Positions 55,106 to 64,000 of a DNA stretch of 64,000 nucleotides are shown here, piece by piece; the first letter of the stretch is position 1; each line of letters begins with the position of its first letter. The position numbers and the translations under genes are program-made. Source of the stretch: Planctomycetota bacterium. GTDB taxonomy: Bacteria > Planctomycetota > UBA8108 > SXIK01. Where the stretch lies: the NCBI GenBank assembly GCA_965223265.1, contig OZ244999.1, positions 4,448,001 through 4,512,000 of the forward strand, written 5' to 3'. The notes beneath the pieces are model-generated. The model saw only the letters and a program-made list of their open reading frames with translations, searched no databases and was not told where the DNA came from.

Positions 55106-56614
55106 ATGGACGGCGAAAGCGCGCAGGAACTATTCGGTAGTCGGCAAGGGCTCACCTACAACGACTTCATCCTGCTACCGGGCTATATCGACTTCGCGGC
55201 GGACGATGTCGATCTGTCGACGCGAATTAGCCGCAATATTACGCTCAAGGCTCCGATCGTCAGCTCGCCGATGGACACGGTCACCGAAGCGCAGCTAGCG
55301 ATCTCGCTGGCACTGCAGGGCGGGATCGGCATCGTCCACTACAACAACACGATCGAGGCGCAAGTGAAGGAAGTGCGCAAGGTCAAACGCTTCGAGAACG
55401 GGTTCATTACGGACCCGATCGTGCTCAGCCCGGACCACACCATTCGCGATATCGACCGTATTCGCGAGAAGGAAGGATTCTCTGGGATTCCGATCACCGA
55501 GGACGGAACCCTTGAGACGCCCCTCGTCGGCATCGTCACCAATCGTGACATCGATTTCGAACCCGAACGCGACCGACCGCTCGGCGAGATGATGGTGAAG
55601 GGAAACGATCTGATCACCGCCCCGGAGGGAGTCTCTCTGGCTGAAGCGAATCGCGTCCTACGACAATCCAAGAAGGGCAAACTACCAATCGTTAACAGCG
55701 AAGGGTGCCTGGTGTCCCTCGTTTCGCGCACTGATTTGAAGAAGAACCGAGACTTTCCCGAAGCCTGCAAGGATTCGAGCAAACAACTCCGAGTCGGCGC
55801 TGCTGTGTCGACGCGGACGGACGACCGTGAACGCGTCACCGAGCTCGTCAATGCCGGGGTCGACCTGATCGTGATCGACAGCGCGCAAGGCGACTCCGTG
55901 TTTCAAGCCGGGATGCTCGAGTACATCAAATCCCGGCACCCGGAGGTGGAAGTCGTCGCCGGCAACGTCGTCACGTCAGAGCAATGTGAACACTTGATCA
56001 GAGCAGGCGCTGACGGCATCCGAGTCGGCATGGGCCCTGGCTCTATCTGCACGACTCAGGAGACGATGGCCTGCGGACGTGCCCAAGCGACGGCCGTGTA
56101 TCACTGCGCACGCCTCTGCCGCGAGCACGAGATTCCGGTCATCGCCGACGGCGGCATCGCCACCACCGGCGCACTGACAAAAGCCCTGTGCTGCGGCGCC
56201 AACGCGGGCATGATGGGGTCCCTGTTCGCCGGCACTCACGAAGCACCGGGCGAGTACTTCTACAAAGACGGGGTTCGCGTTAAGAAGTATCGAGGTATGG
56301 CGTCTATGGAGGCAATGGCCAAGGGTGGCGGCAAGAGGTACTTGTATGACGACAATCACCTCACGGTAGCGCAAGGCGTCTCCGGCCTCGTCGTCGACAA
56401 GGGGTCGGTTCTCGACCTCATTCCCTACATCGTTCAAAGCCTGCGACAAAGTCTGCAAGACCTCGGGCGCCGAAGCATTCAAGAACTCCATGAAGCGGTG
56501 TTCTCGGGCGACCTACGCTATGAACGACGCAGCGCGTCGGCTCAGCGTGAGGGGTACGTGCACAGTCTAATGGCGTACGAAGAACCAGTCCTCGGCGTCA
56601 AAGAGAAACAATAA
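55106..56614 (+). CDS. guaB: IMP dehydrogenase (eukaryote-type sequence, with CBS pair)
   Basis: [17 protein letters not shown] (catalytic Cys), IADGGI, KKYRGM; GAGGA upstream of ATG 55106; adjacent to guaA. Confidence 0.97.
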   Translation: MDGESAQELFGSRQGLTYNDFILLPGYIDFAADDVDLSTRISRNITLKAPIVSSPMDTVTEAQLAISLALQGGIGIVHYNNTIEAQVKEVRKVKRFENGFITDPIVLSPDHTIRDIDRIREKEGFSGIPITEDGTLETPLVGIVTNRDIDFEPERDRPLGEMMVKGNDLITAPEGVSLAEANRVLRQSKKGKLPIVNSEGCLVSLVSRTDLKKNRDFPEACKDSSKQLRVGAAVSTRTDDRERVTELVNAGVDLIVIDSAQGDSVFQAGMLEYIKSRHPEVEVVAGNVVTSEQCEHLIRAGADGIRVGMGPGSICTTQETMACGRAQATAVYHCARLCREHEIPVIADGGIATTGALTKALCCGANAGMMGSLFAGTHEAPGEYFYKDGVRVKKYRGMASMEAMAKGGGKRYLYDDNHLTVAQGVSGLVVDKGSVLDLIPYIVQSLRQSLQDLGRRSIQELHEAVFSGDLRYERRSASAQREGYVHSLMAYEEPVLGVKEKQ

Positions 56615-56618
56615 GCTC

Positions 56619-58157
56619 ATGGCAGAGCTCGTCGCTATTCTTGACTTTGGGTCGCAGTACACACAACTCATCGCACGCCGCGTGCGAGAGAATCGCGTCT
56701 ATTGCGAAATCCTTCCTCACGACACCTCCGCGGCGGAGCTTGCGGCGACACCCAAGCTCAAGGGTGTCATCCTTTCGGGAGGGCCGGCGAGCGTCTACGA
56801 GCCGGACGCACCTGGCTTCGACCCCGAGATTCTCCACTTGGGCATTCCTGTTCTGGGGATCTGCTACGGCATGCAGCTCGCTTGCCGCGCTCTGGGCGGA
56901 CGCGTCCTGCGCGCCGAGCGCCACGAGTACGGTGCTGCTACGGCTGAAATGACAGACGATGCACTCTTTGCCGGAATCCACAAGTCCACGACAGTGTGGA
57001 TGAGCCATGGCGACCAAGTTGATTTCGTCGATGACTCGTTCGTCACACTAGCGACAACGGACACGTGCAAGTACGCCGCCGTCAGACATTCGGCAACAGG
57101 ATTCCTCGGCCTGCAGTTTCACCCGGAAGTAACCCACACGCCGGAAGGTAAGCGGATCCTGAACAACTTTCTGTATCAAATCTGCGCCTGCCGGGGCGAT
57201 TGGACACTCAGCAGCTTCATCGAAGAGCAAGTGACTGCGATTCGCGACAAAGTCGGCTCGGCGTCCGTTGTTTGCGGACTCTCGGGCGGCATCGACTCTT
57301 CGGTCGTCGCACTGTTGATTCACCGCGCGATCGGCAAACAACTCCACTGCATCTTCGTCGACAACGGCCTCCTGCGCGAAGGCGAGCGTGAACAGGTGAT
57401 CGTCACATTCGAAAAGCACTTCCAGCTGAACTTTCACCTTGTCGACGCCAGCGAGAGGTTCCTCGAACAGCTCAGAGATGTCACAGACCCTGAGACCAAG
57501 CGCAAGCGCATCGGCCATGCATTCGTTGATGTTTTCAAGGAGAAGGCGCAGCAGCTGCAAGATGTGCAGTTCCTGGCGCAAGGCACGCTCTATCCGGACA
57601 TCATCGAAAGCGTCTCTCCCCGCGGCGGACCTTCCGCGACGATCAAAAGCCACCACAACGTCGGCGGTCTTCCCGAAGAGCTCGGCTTCGAGCTGCTGGA
57701 GCCTCTTAAATATCTTTTCAAAGATGAAGTGCGAGCAATCGGCAGCGAGCTTGGACTCCCAGATCAAATCCTGTACCGCCAACCGTTTCCGGGTCCTGGC
57801 CTTGCAGTGCGGGTTGTCGGCGCGGTCGATGAAGAGAAACTCGCGATCCTTCGCGCCGCGGACAACGTCGTCCAAGAAGAAATCGAGAGCTTCGAATTTC
57901 ATCGCGAAATCTGGCAGTCATTCGCAGTCTTAGTGCCGGTACGCACCGTGGGAGTCATGGGTGATCGACGCACCTACGACTACGTGATTGCGCTGCGCGT
58001 CGTGGAGTCGACCGATGGCATGACAGCCAACTGGGTCTATCTACCACGCGAGCTGCTCGGTCGCATCTCGAACCGGATCGGCAATGAAGTGAACGGTGTC
58101 AACCGCGTGGTTCTAGACGTCAGCTCAAAACCACCGTCAACGATCGAGTGGGAATGA
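56619..58157 (+). CDS. guaA: GMP synthase
   Basis: LDFGSQYTQLIARR, GICYGMQ, QFHPEV, SGGIDSS, IKSHHNVGGLP, KPPSTIEWE. Confidence 0.98.
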   Translation: MAELVAILDFGSQYTQLIARRVRENRVYCEILPHDTSAAELAATPKLKGVILSGGPASVYEPDAPGFDPEILHLGIPVLGICYGMQLACRALGGRVLRAERHEYGAATAEMTDDALFAGIHKSTTVWMSHGDQVDFVDDSFVTLATTDTCKYAAVRHSATGFLGLQFHPEVTHTPEGKRILNNFLYQICACRGDWTLSSFIEEQVTAIRDKVGSASVVCGLSGGIDSSVVALLIHRAIGKQLHCIFVDNGLLREGEREQVIVTFEKHFQLNFHLVDASERFLEQLRDVTDPETKRKRIGHAFVDVFKEKAQQLQDVQFLAQGTLYPDIIESVSPRGGPSATIKSHHNVGGLPEELGFELLEPLKYLFKDEVRAIGSELGLPDQILYRQPFPGPGLAVRVVGAVDEEKLAILRAADNVVQEEIESFEFHREIWQSFAVLVPVRTVGVMGDRRTYDYVIALRVVESTDGMTANWVYLPRELLGRISNRIGNEVNGVNRVVLDVSSKPPSTIEWE

Positions 58158-58409
58158 GTCCGGCCCGGGTTCTGCGTCAGCAATGCAGCCGCGCGAGGGC
58201 CGAAAAAACCGGCGCGGCGGCGCGGTCGTGGGATGAGGCGTCAGATGGTCGCGCGAAACGAACGACAAAGGAACAGGTTGGTCCTGTTGACAGAGTCGGA
58301 GGCAGAGACAGAGGCGGAGGCAGAGTGGCACGCAGGAAGACCAGACAGAATCGGAGCGGCGGCTATCTGGGCTCCCTGGCGGCTGTGACTCCCTCGACAC
58401 GGAAGCACC

Positions 58410-58889
58410 ATGAAAGAAATTGAAGGTCACCTCGATGCTCGCGGCCAGCGCTTCGCCCTCGTCGCCTCACGTTTCAACGACCTCATCGTTGAGAAGCTCG
58501 TTCAGGGAGCTCGGGCAATGCTCTTGAAGCTTGGCGCCCGTGATGACGACTTGACGACGTACTGGGTCCCGGGCGCGTTTGAGATTCCCCCGGTCGCCAC
58601 GCGCCTTGCCCGCGGCGGGCAGTACAGCGCCGTAATCTGCCTGGGCACAGTGATCCGCGGCGCCACGCCTCACTTTGACTACGTCGCCGGCGCGGCGGCC
58701 CGTGGGATCGCCGCAGCCTCTCAGGAGAGCCCCGTCCCTGTCGTCTTCGGAGTGTTAACGACCGAGACGATCGAGCAAGCGCTCGAGCGCGCCGGCTCGA
58801 AATCGGGAAACAAGGGCGCCGAAGCGGCAGAAACCGCGGTTGAGATGGTGCAGCTCTACCGACGGCTCGACCAGCCGCCAGGACCTTAG
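58410..58889 (+). CDS. ribH: 6,7-dimethyl-8-ribityllumazine synthase
   Basis: SRFND, VPGAFEIP, IRGATPHFDYV, EQALERAG..GNKG. Confidence 0.97.
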   Translation: MKEIEGHLDARGQRFALVASRFNDLIVEKLVQGARAMLLKLGARDDDLTTYWVPGAFEIPPVATRLARGGQYSAVICLGTVIRGATPHFDYVAGAAARGIAAASQESPVPVVFGVLTTETIEQALERAGSKSGNKGAEAAETAVEMVQLYRRLDQPPGP

Positions 58890-59286
58890 CAAGAGAGAAA
58901 GTTGCTGCGTCGACGCGATCGTCGGGCGTCCGGCCCGGGCAGTCGGGCGGCAGACGCTGGTCACGGCTTCGTCGCTCCCGCGTCGCACGCCAAGCAGTTG
59001 GGCAGGGCGAGTCCCGCAGCGCTCAGACAGGCAACTTTTTCGACCGTCTGCTTGCTCTGAATGCGGCACCGATCACCGCCCGCGCGGAGCCTGGTACGCG
59101 CCCGAGGCGTGTGCTACGATGCCGCGGCTTGATAGTCCATCCAGTCGTCCCCAGCCTTTCGAGTTCGCCTCCGCTGCGGCGCGGAACCGACGGACTCGCC
59201 ATGAGGGGGCGAATGGATGGAAGAGTAGACGACCGGTGTTGCGGTCGCCGCCTGGCTGCCCCCTTAGGATTCACCTCAAGAGCACG

Positions 59287-59778
59287 ATGCGTTCGCGAAC
59301 CCAAGCACGAGAAGTCGTGCTACAGTCTCTCTACCAGTTCGATCTCCTCTCTCAGCTCGACGCCGAGCATCTCGCTACCAGCCTTGATGCGTTCGAGGAG
59401 ACGCTCCTGGCGAGCGATGTGGATAGCGCCGGGCGCGACTACGCCCGCTGGCTTCTCGCAGGCATCCTCGCGACGGTACCGCAGCTCGATCGACACATCG
59501 CTGAAGTTTCGGAGAACTGGAGGCTGCAGCGGACTGCTGCCGTCGACCGCTGCGTCCTGCGCATCGGACTCTTCGAGCTGCTCGAGTCTGAAGACGTCCC
59601 ACGAAAGGTTGCGATCAGCGAGGCCATCGAACTAGCAAAGAAGTTCTCTGCGTCCCAATCCGGCGCGTTCGTCAACGGCATCCTCGACCGACTCTCAAAC
59701 GAACTTGGGGCGAGTGCAGCGCGCGGAACGCCGCTTTCTCCATCCGTCCGGCGCGAGAAGAAGAAAGCAGAGAGCTGA
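59287..59778 (+). CDS. nusB: Transcription antitermination factor
   Basis: RTQAREVVLQSLYQ, DRCVLR, VAISEAIELAKKF, FVNGILD. Confidence 0.95.
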   Translation: MRSRTQAREVVLQSLYQFDLLSQLDAEHLATSLDAFEETLLASDVDSAGRDYARWLLAGILATVPQLDRHIAEVSENWRLQRTAAVDRCVLRIGLFELLESEDVPRKVAISEAIELAKKFSASQSGAFVNGILDRLSNELGASAARGTPLSPSVRREKKKAES

Positions 59779-59809
59779 CTGGGCCTCCCTCACCGGAGTG
59801 GTTGACAAC

Positions 59810-60880
59810 ATGCTGAAGAAGTGGTTCGGGAAAAAGGACGAGGAACCTTCAAAGCCGTCGGCGCCTGAGACGCAAAACGTCGGCGCCGCCGAGGAACCCA
59901 CCGGTGCGCCGACAACTGAGGTCAGCGCGGACGACAAGAGCGACGAAGCGCCAAAGAGTCGCTGGGGACGGTTTACCGCCGGCCTGGCGAAAACTCGAAA
60001 GAGCCTGCGCACACTGTTTAGCTTTCGCCGCGCCCTCGATGACGATTCGCTCGACGAAATCGAAGCCGAGCTTTACGCGACAGACTTTGGCCCCGGAGTC
60101 GTCGACTTCTTGGTCAACAGCGACGACGGCATTCGAGCGGCGTGGAAACGCGGTGAGATCAAGGAGCCGAGCGAGCTGCGTGACCACCTCAAGAAACTCC
60201 TGCGCGGTCTTCTCGAAACCCGCGACACGAACTTGCTGACCGCGCCGACGTCCCCGAGTGTCATCCTCGTGGCAGGCGTCAACGGCACCGGCAAGACGAC
60301 CTCGATCGCCAAGCTTGCGCAGCGCTTTCACCGCGACGGAAAGCGCGTCGTGCTCGCGGCCGCAGACACATTTCGCGCCGCCGCCGTGGAGCAGCTGACG
60401 ATCTGGAGCGAACGCATTGGTGTTGAGATCGTCACCGGAAGCCCGGAAGCGGATCCCGCATCGGTGGCTTTTCAGGGCGCCCGACGCGCACTCGAGACGA
60501 ACGCTGACTTTCTCATTGTCGATACCGCGGGCAGGCTCCACACGCAGAAGGGTCTCATGCGTGAGCTCGGCAAGATCCACGGCGTACTCGGCAAGCAGAT
60601 TCCTGGTGCGCCGCACGAAGCGCTCCTCGTCCTCGACGCCACGACCGGTCAAAACGCGCTCACTCAAGCTCGACTCTTTGGAGAGCAGATTCAAGTGACC
60701 GGAATCGTGCTCACCAAGCTCGACGGTACCGCCAAGGGCGGCATCGTCGTCGCCATCAACAATGAACTCGACATCCCCGTGAAGTACGTCGGGCTCGGCG
60801 AGGGAGTCGATGACCTCGCGCCCTTCGACCTAGACCGATTCGTCGACGCACTGTTCGAGTCAGAACCGACAACCGCGTGA
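59810..60880 (+). CDS. ftsY: SRP receptor GTPase
   Basis: GVNGTGKTT, DTFRAAA, DTAGR, DATTGQN, TKLDGTAKGG. Confidence 0.97.
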   Translation: MLKKWFGKKDEEPSKPSAPETQNVGAAEEPTGAPTTEVSADDKSDEAPKSRWGRFTAGLAKTRKSLRTLFSFRRALDDDSLDEIEAELYATDFGPGVVDFLVNSDDGIRAAWKRGEIKEPSELRDHLKKLLRGLLETRDTNLLTAPTSPSVILVAGVNGTGKTTSIAKLAQRFHRDGKRVVLAAADTFRAAAVEQLTIWSERIGVEIVTGSPEADPASVAFQGARRALETNADFLIVDTAGRLHTQKGLMRELGKIHGVLGKQIPGAPHEALLVLDATTGQNALTQARLFGEQIQVTGIVLTKLDGTAKGGIVVAINNELDIPVKYVGLGEGVDDLAPFDLDRFVDALFESEPTTA

Positions 60881-60894
60881 GGCGCAGGAAGTTG

Positions 60895-60961
60895 CCGCCG
60901 CGTTTCTCCGCGAACCTGCAGGCGGCGAGCGCCGCCATGGATTTGCGGGGAAACGCGGCGG
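60895..60961 (+). terminator. Long hairpin between convergent genes
   Basis: ccgccgcgtttctccgcgaacc pairs with ggatttgcggggaaacgcggcgg, with inner stem ggcggc/gccgcc. No U-tract. Confidence 0.55.
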
Positions 60962-60997
60962 GATCAATGCAGATCCTTTGTCGCCCTGACTGACGCG

Positions 60998-63900
60998 TTA
61001 CGGATCGATGAACAGGCAGTCGGTGTCCGGCAGAACCGCGTAGCTGTAGCGCACTCTGACTTCGCGCAGCGACTGGGTCTCCTGCGAAAGCACATTGGTC
61101 AGGAGCGGCACGCGGAAACGCACGAACTCACGCTCTTCAAGTTCTCTAATATCCTTGACGCGCTGCCGAAACTCACCCGGGAATCCATGTCGATCGAGGC
61201 TTTCCGGCGCCCCCTCCCAGAGGACGACTGACGACGTCCCGAGCGGCAGGCCGAAGTCGTGGTAACGCACCAGACCGGCTTCCAAGTTCATCCCGACTGA
61301 GCGGACCGTCTGTCCCGGTCCAACAGCAACCTCGAACGGCAGCGAGACTCCAACGCTGCGCGCCGCGCCGATCGAAAACGATCCGCCGCTGACGCTTGGG
61401 TTGAATCCAGAGACAAACGCGTTCGAATCAACCGGGACCTCAACGCGCACGCGCCCAGGCGCGCCGTCGCCACCAACACCGCCGAAGAACGAATCGACTA
61501 GGGCGAGTTGAGCGCGGTTGAGATTCCCCTCGTAGACCGGAAGCTGCTGCGCCGTATCGAACGGCACAGACTGATTCGCGCGGCCGCCGCGAACGTCGAT
61601 CGACGCCCCCGGAGCAATCGAGATCGAATTACGCGCTTGAATAAGGACGTTGCCTCCGGCACCGCCTCCACCGTTGCCACCAAGGTCTATGCTCTGAAAG
61701 GCGTCGCCACCACGAGAGAGAATCCGTCCAGTCTCGCGCAGCAGCAAGTTCTCGGCGACCAGTCGCAGAACGCCGCCACCGCCGCCGCCGCCGGTTCCTG
61801 GCGCATGACTTGCCTTGGGCAAAGGCGACTGCACGCCGCCGAAGACAACCGACCCAGGCGGTGCAATTCCCTGCTTGTAAGACGCAGAGACCTGCGGGAA
61901 CGCACCGCCGCCTGCGCCGCCGACTCCCCCGTAGGGCCAAAAGTCGCCGCCGAAACGCAAGTTCGAGATTCCAAAGACACTGCCACCAGCACCGGAAGCT
62001 TCCGGCGCGAAGGGTGGGAAGGCGATGGCTGGACCGCTCGAGACGTTCGCGTCGCCACCTGCACTACTGTTGCCGCCACCAGCGCCACCGCCGGCGGTGG
62101 TCTCACATGGACCAGGATTATCCTCCGTGTCACACGGCTGGCCTCGGGCCGTCGCCCCACCAGTCGGACGCGTGAGCGCTGGGAACACCACAAGGTCGTC
62201 CTCGCCCGATCCGCGGCCGATCGGGACGGGAGTCTGATCCCATGCCTCCGGTACGCCGGGCGGCAAACCGCCGGGCTGGCCGGGTTGCGGCAGCGTGTTC
62301 GCCGGTGCTTTGTTGCTCAGGTCGCCATCGACGAACGTGACAAAGCCGCCGTCACCGCCAGCGCCGCCTCCTGGTCCGGGCTCACCGCCCACACCATGCT
62401 GAGGACTGGTTGGTTCTCTCGTGCTAAATCGCAAGCCACCGCCATGGCCACCGCCAACGTCGATGGTGCCAGCGATATCCGCCAGACCAGCGACCGAGAT
62501 CACCATCGGGCGCGAGCCGCGGCCGCGAAGAATCGTGTTCTCGTCGATCAGCAGCACGGTGACGTCAAGAAACGACGGATCATCGGATCTGACCTCGCGG
62601 AAGGGCTCCCCTTCGGGCGTCAGGATCACGCCAGAATCCGTGTCGAACGTCCAAATCGAAATCACTTCGCCCGTGGTGGCGTCGATCAGCGGCTCACCGG
62701 TCGCAGGGTCGAGACTGGGCAAGAATCTGATTTGCAGCTCGCCGTCCCGACCACGACCCGGCTCGATCGGATCCGAGACTTGGACGATACCACCGTCGGG
62801 GAGAACAGCCGAGTCGTCGAACGGCTCGAGTGCGCCGCGCAGCACAACGCGCGCACCAGCGTTGAAGTTCAAGGGTTCGGTGCCGTTCGCTCCCCGGCCC
62901 AACCCCTCGAGGTTGTTGCCGTTGCGGGCGAAGTAGACCATTTCTTCGGTGCCGATTTCACCGGTGAGCTCGGCGCAGTTGCCGCCTTGGTCGAGATTGA
63001 GCGTCTCGCCGATCACCACGATGCGCCCGGAAGGCGGGAAGTCGGAAGCATCGGCAAGCGCCAACATCGACCGATCCGCCGGCAAGCAGGGCTCGATCAT
63101 ATTGTCTGCACCGGCGATCCCGGCGAGTTCGGTTTCGGCCGTCAACGACGGGCATGACGGCGCCCCAAAGCTCGTCTCGATCTTGATGTAACCAGGCGCA
63201 CCGACGCCCGCTCCCGCGATGAGGTTCTGCACGACTTCAACGCGTCGATTGTTTGGAGGCCCGATCACATCGCCGGAGATACCTGGAAGTCCACCTTCAA
63301 CGTCAAGGCTGTCGCACGACATCTGGGCAGCACCGGTCACTTGGACAAGAATCGTTCCACCACTGCCACCGCCACCTGGGCCACCGCCGGCGATGCGTCC
63401 TGGTGTGTTGCCGCCCGTGGCGGGAATCTGGGCACGGTCGCCAAGTGACGATCCACCCTCACCACCGCGGGCCGTAATGAGGCCAGAATCCGTGACAACG
63501 ACGCTACCGTCGGCAACGATGTGGCAGATACCACCACCCCCACCGCCGCCTGCGCCTCCCATGACAAAGTGCCCCTCGGTTCCGAGTCGCGTGATGGTTG
63601 CGCCGCCACCGCCGCCGCCGCTTCCCGGCGTCAGCTCAACCAGCGTCGGCTCACCACGCGCCGGGCCGCCCTGGCCGCCGCGGGGAGGTTGGTACTCGAC
63701 CGGCGCCGGGGTCTGCGGATCGCCATCACCGCCGACACGGGAGTGCCCCCCGCCACCGCCAGGAGCGCCCCAAAACTTTGAGGTGCCCTGCGTAAAACCG
63801 ACTGCCGCGGTGGTCTCGCCACCGCCGCCACCTTGGAACTGGCCGTCCTCAGCGGGAAGAAGCGCCTGGACTCTTGCACTGGAGGTCGGGCTGGACAACA

Positions 63901-64000
63901 CGAGGGAGGCGCCGTTGCCACCGAAGCCCCCGCCTGGCCCACCCAAGCCACCACCGCCGCCGGTTTCCATCGCCTGGCCGACGACGTAGATTCCTCCGAT
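60998..64000 (-). CDS. Large glycine-rich putative surface protein (5' end outside window)
   Basis: Frame is open to the window edge (IGGIYVVGQA precedes the ORF-track Met). Repeated poly-Gly / 'I.A.GG.GG' modules and cysteine pairs. Confidence 0.85.
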   Translation of the reverse strand: MGGIYVVGQAMETGGGGGLGGPGGGFGGNGASLVLSSPTSSARVQALLPAEDGQFQGGGGGETTAAVGFTQGTSKFWGAPGGGGGHSRVGGDGDPQTPAPVEYQPPRGGQGGPARGEPTLVELTPGSGGGGGGATITRLGTEGHFVMGGAGGGGGGGICHIVADGSVVVTDSGLITARGGEGGSSLGDRAQIPATGGNTPGRIAGGGPGGGGSGGTILVQVTGAAQMSCDSLDVEGGLPGISGDVIGPPNNRRVEVVQNLIAGAGVGAPGYIKIETSFGAPSCPSLTAETELAGIAGADNMIEPCLPADRSMLALADASDFPPSGRIVVIGETLNLDQGGNCAELTGEIGTEEMVYFARNGNNLEGLGRGANGTEPLNFNAGARVVLRGALEPFDDSAVLPDGGIVQVSDPIEPGRGRDGELQIRFLPSLDPATGEPLIDATTGEVISIWTFDTDSGVILTPEGEPFREVRSDDPSFLDVTVLLIDENTILRGRGSRPMVISVAGLADIAGTIDVGGGHGGGLRFSTREPTSPQHGVGGEPGPGGGAGGDGGFVTFVDGDLSNKAPANTLPQPGQPGGLPPGVPEAWDQTPVPIGRGSGEDDLVVFPALTRPTGGATARGQPCDTEDNPGPCETTAGGGAGGGNSSAGGDANVSSGPAIAFPPFAPEASGAGGSVFGISNLRFGGDFWPYGGVGGAGGGAFPQVSASYKQGIAPPGSVVFGGVQSPLPKASHAPGTGGGGGGGVLRLVAENLLLRETGRILSRGGDAFQSIDLGGNGGGGAGGNVLIQARNSISIAPGASIDVRGGRANQSVPFDTAQQLPVYEGNLNRAQLALVDSFFGGVGGDGAPGRVRVEVPVDSNAFVSGFNPSVSGGSFSIGAARSVGVSLPFEVAVGPGQTVRSVGMNLEAGLVRYHDFGLPLGTSSVVLWEGAPESLDRHGFPGEFRQRVKDIRELEEREFVRFRVPLLTNVLSQETQSLREVRVRYSYAVLPDTDCLFIDP

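Noticed and set aside
58158-58409. FMN riboswitch upstream of ribH (also checked upstream of ribD)
   Set aside because: No RFN consensus elements visible.
58840-59286. N-terminally extended 312-aa NusB
   Set aside because: The extension overlaps ribH and has non-protein-like composition; the family match begins at ATG 59287.
61508-63157. Long antisense ORFs (549 aa here; also 26..946, 15406..16698, 51127..52383)
   Set aside because: Shadow frames opposite well-supported genes, expected in high-GC DNA, with no recognisable motifs.

Overview
GC-rich bacterial chromosomal window. The gene content (LptE/BamD-like lipoproteins, TPR/HEAT proteins, QW-repeat proteins, BatA/vWA proteins) suggests a diderm, probably Planctomycetota-like organism; this is inference. 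Housekeeping genes: ribD, miaB, sucCD, yhaM-like, dapA, ftsH-folP-cdaA-cdaR-glmM, recO, guaBA, ribH, nusB, ftsY. Three things stand out. (1) A co-directional ~17.5 kb, nine-gene cluster: MoxR AAA+, DUF58, BatA-vWA, vWA-GATase-like, PQQ-type propeller, two coiled-coil proteins and two exported QW-repeat alpha-barrel proteins. It is translationally coupled to a CorC/CNNM gene and continues into recO, bamD-like and lptE, making it a candidate uncharacterised envelope-assembly machine. (2) A guaB whose sequence is of the eukaryotic IMPDH type, sitting beside a normal bacterial guaA. (3) A large, truncated glycine-rich protein containing a phage-tail-like motif. Also present: a GldAFG-like ABC system with low-complexity inserts, an SD/DT repeat tract, short tandem repeats and degenerate MITE-like ends. 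I recognised no rRNA, tRNA, CRISPR array or transposase. All family calls come from motif recognition by eye; no searches were run.
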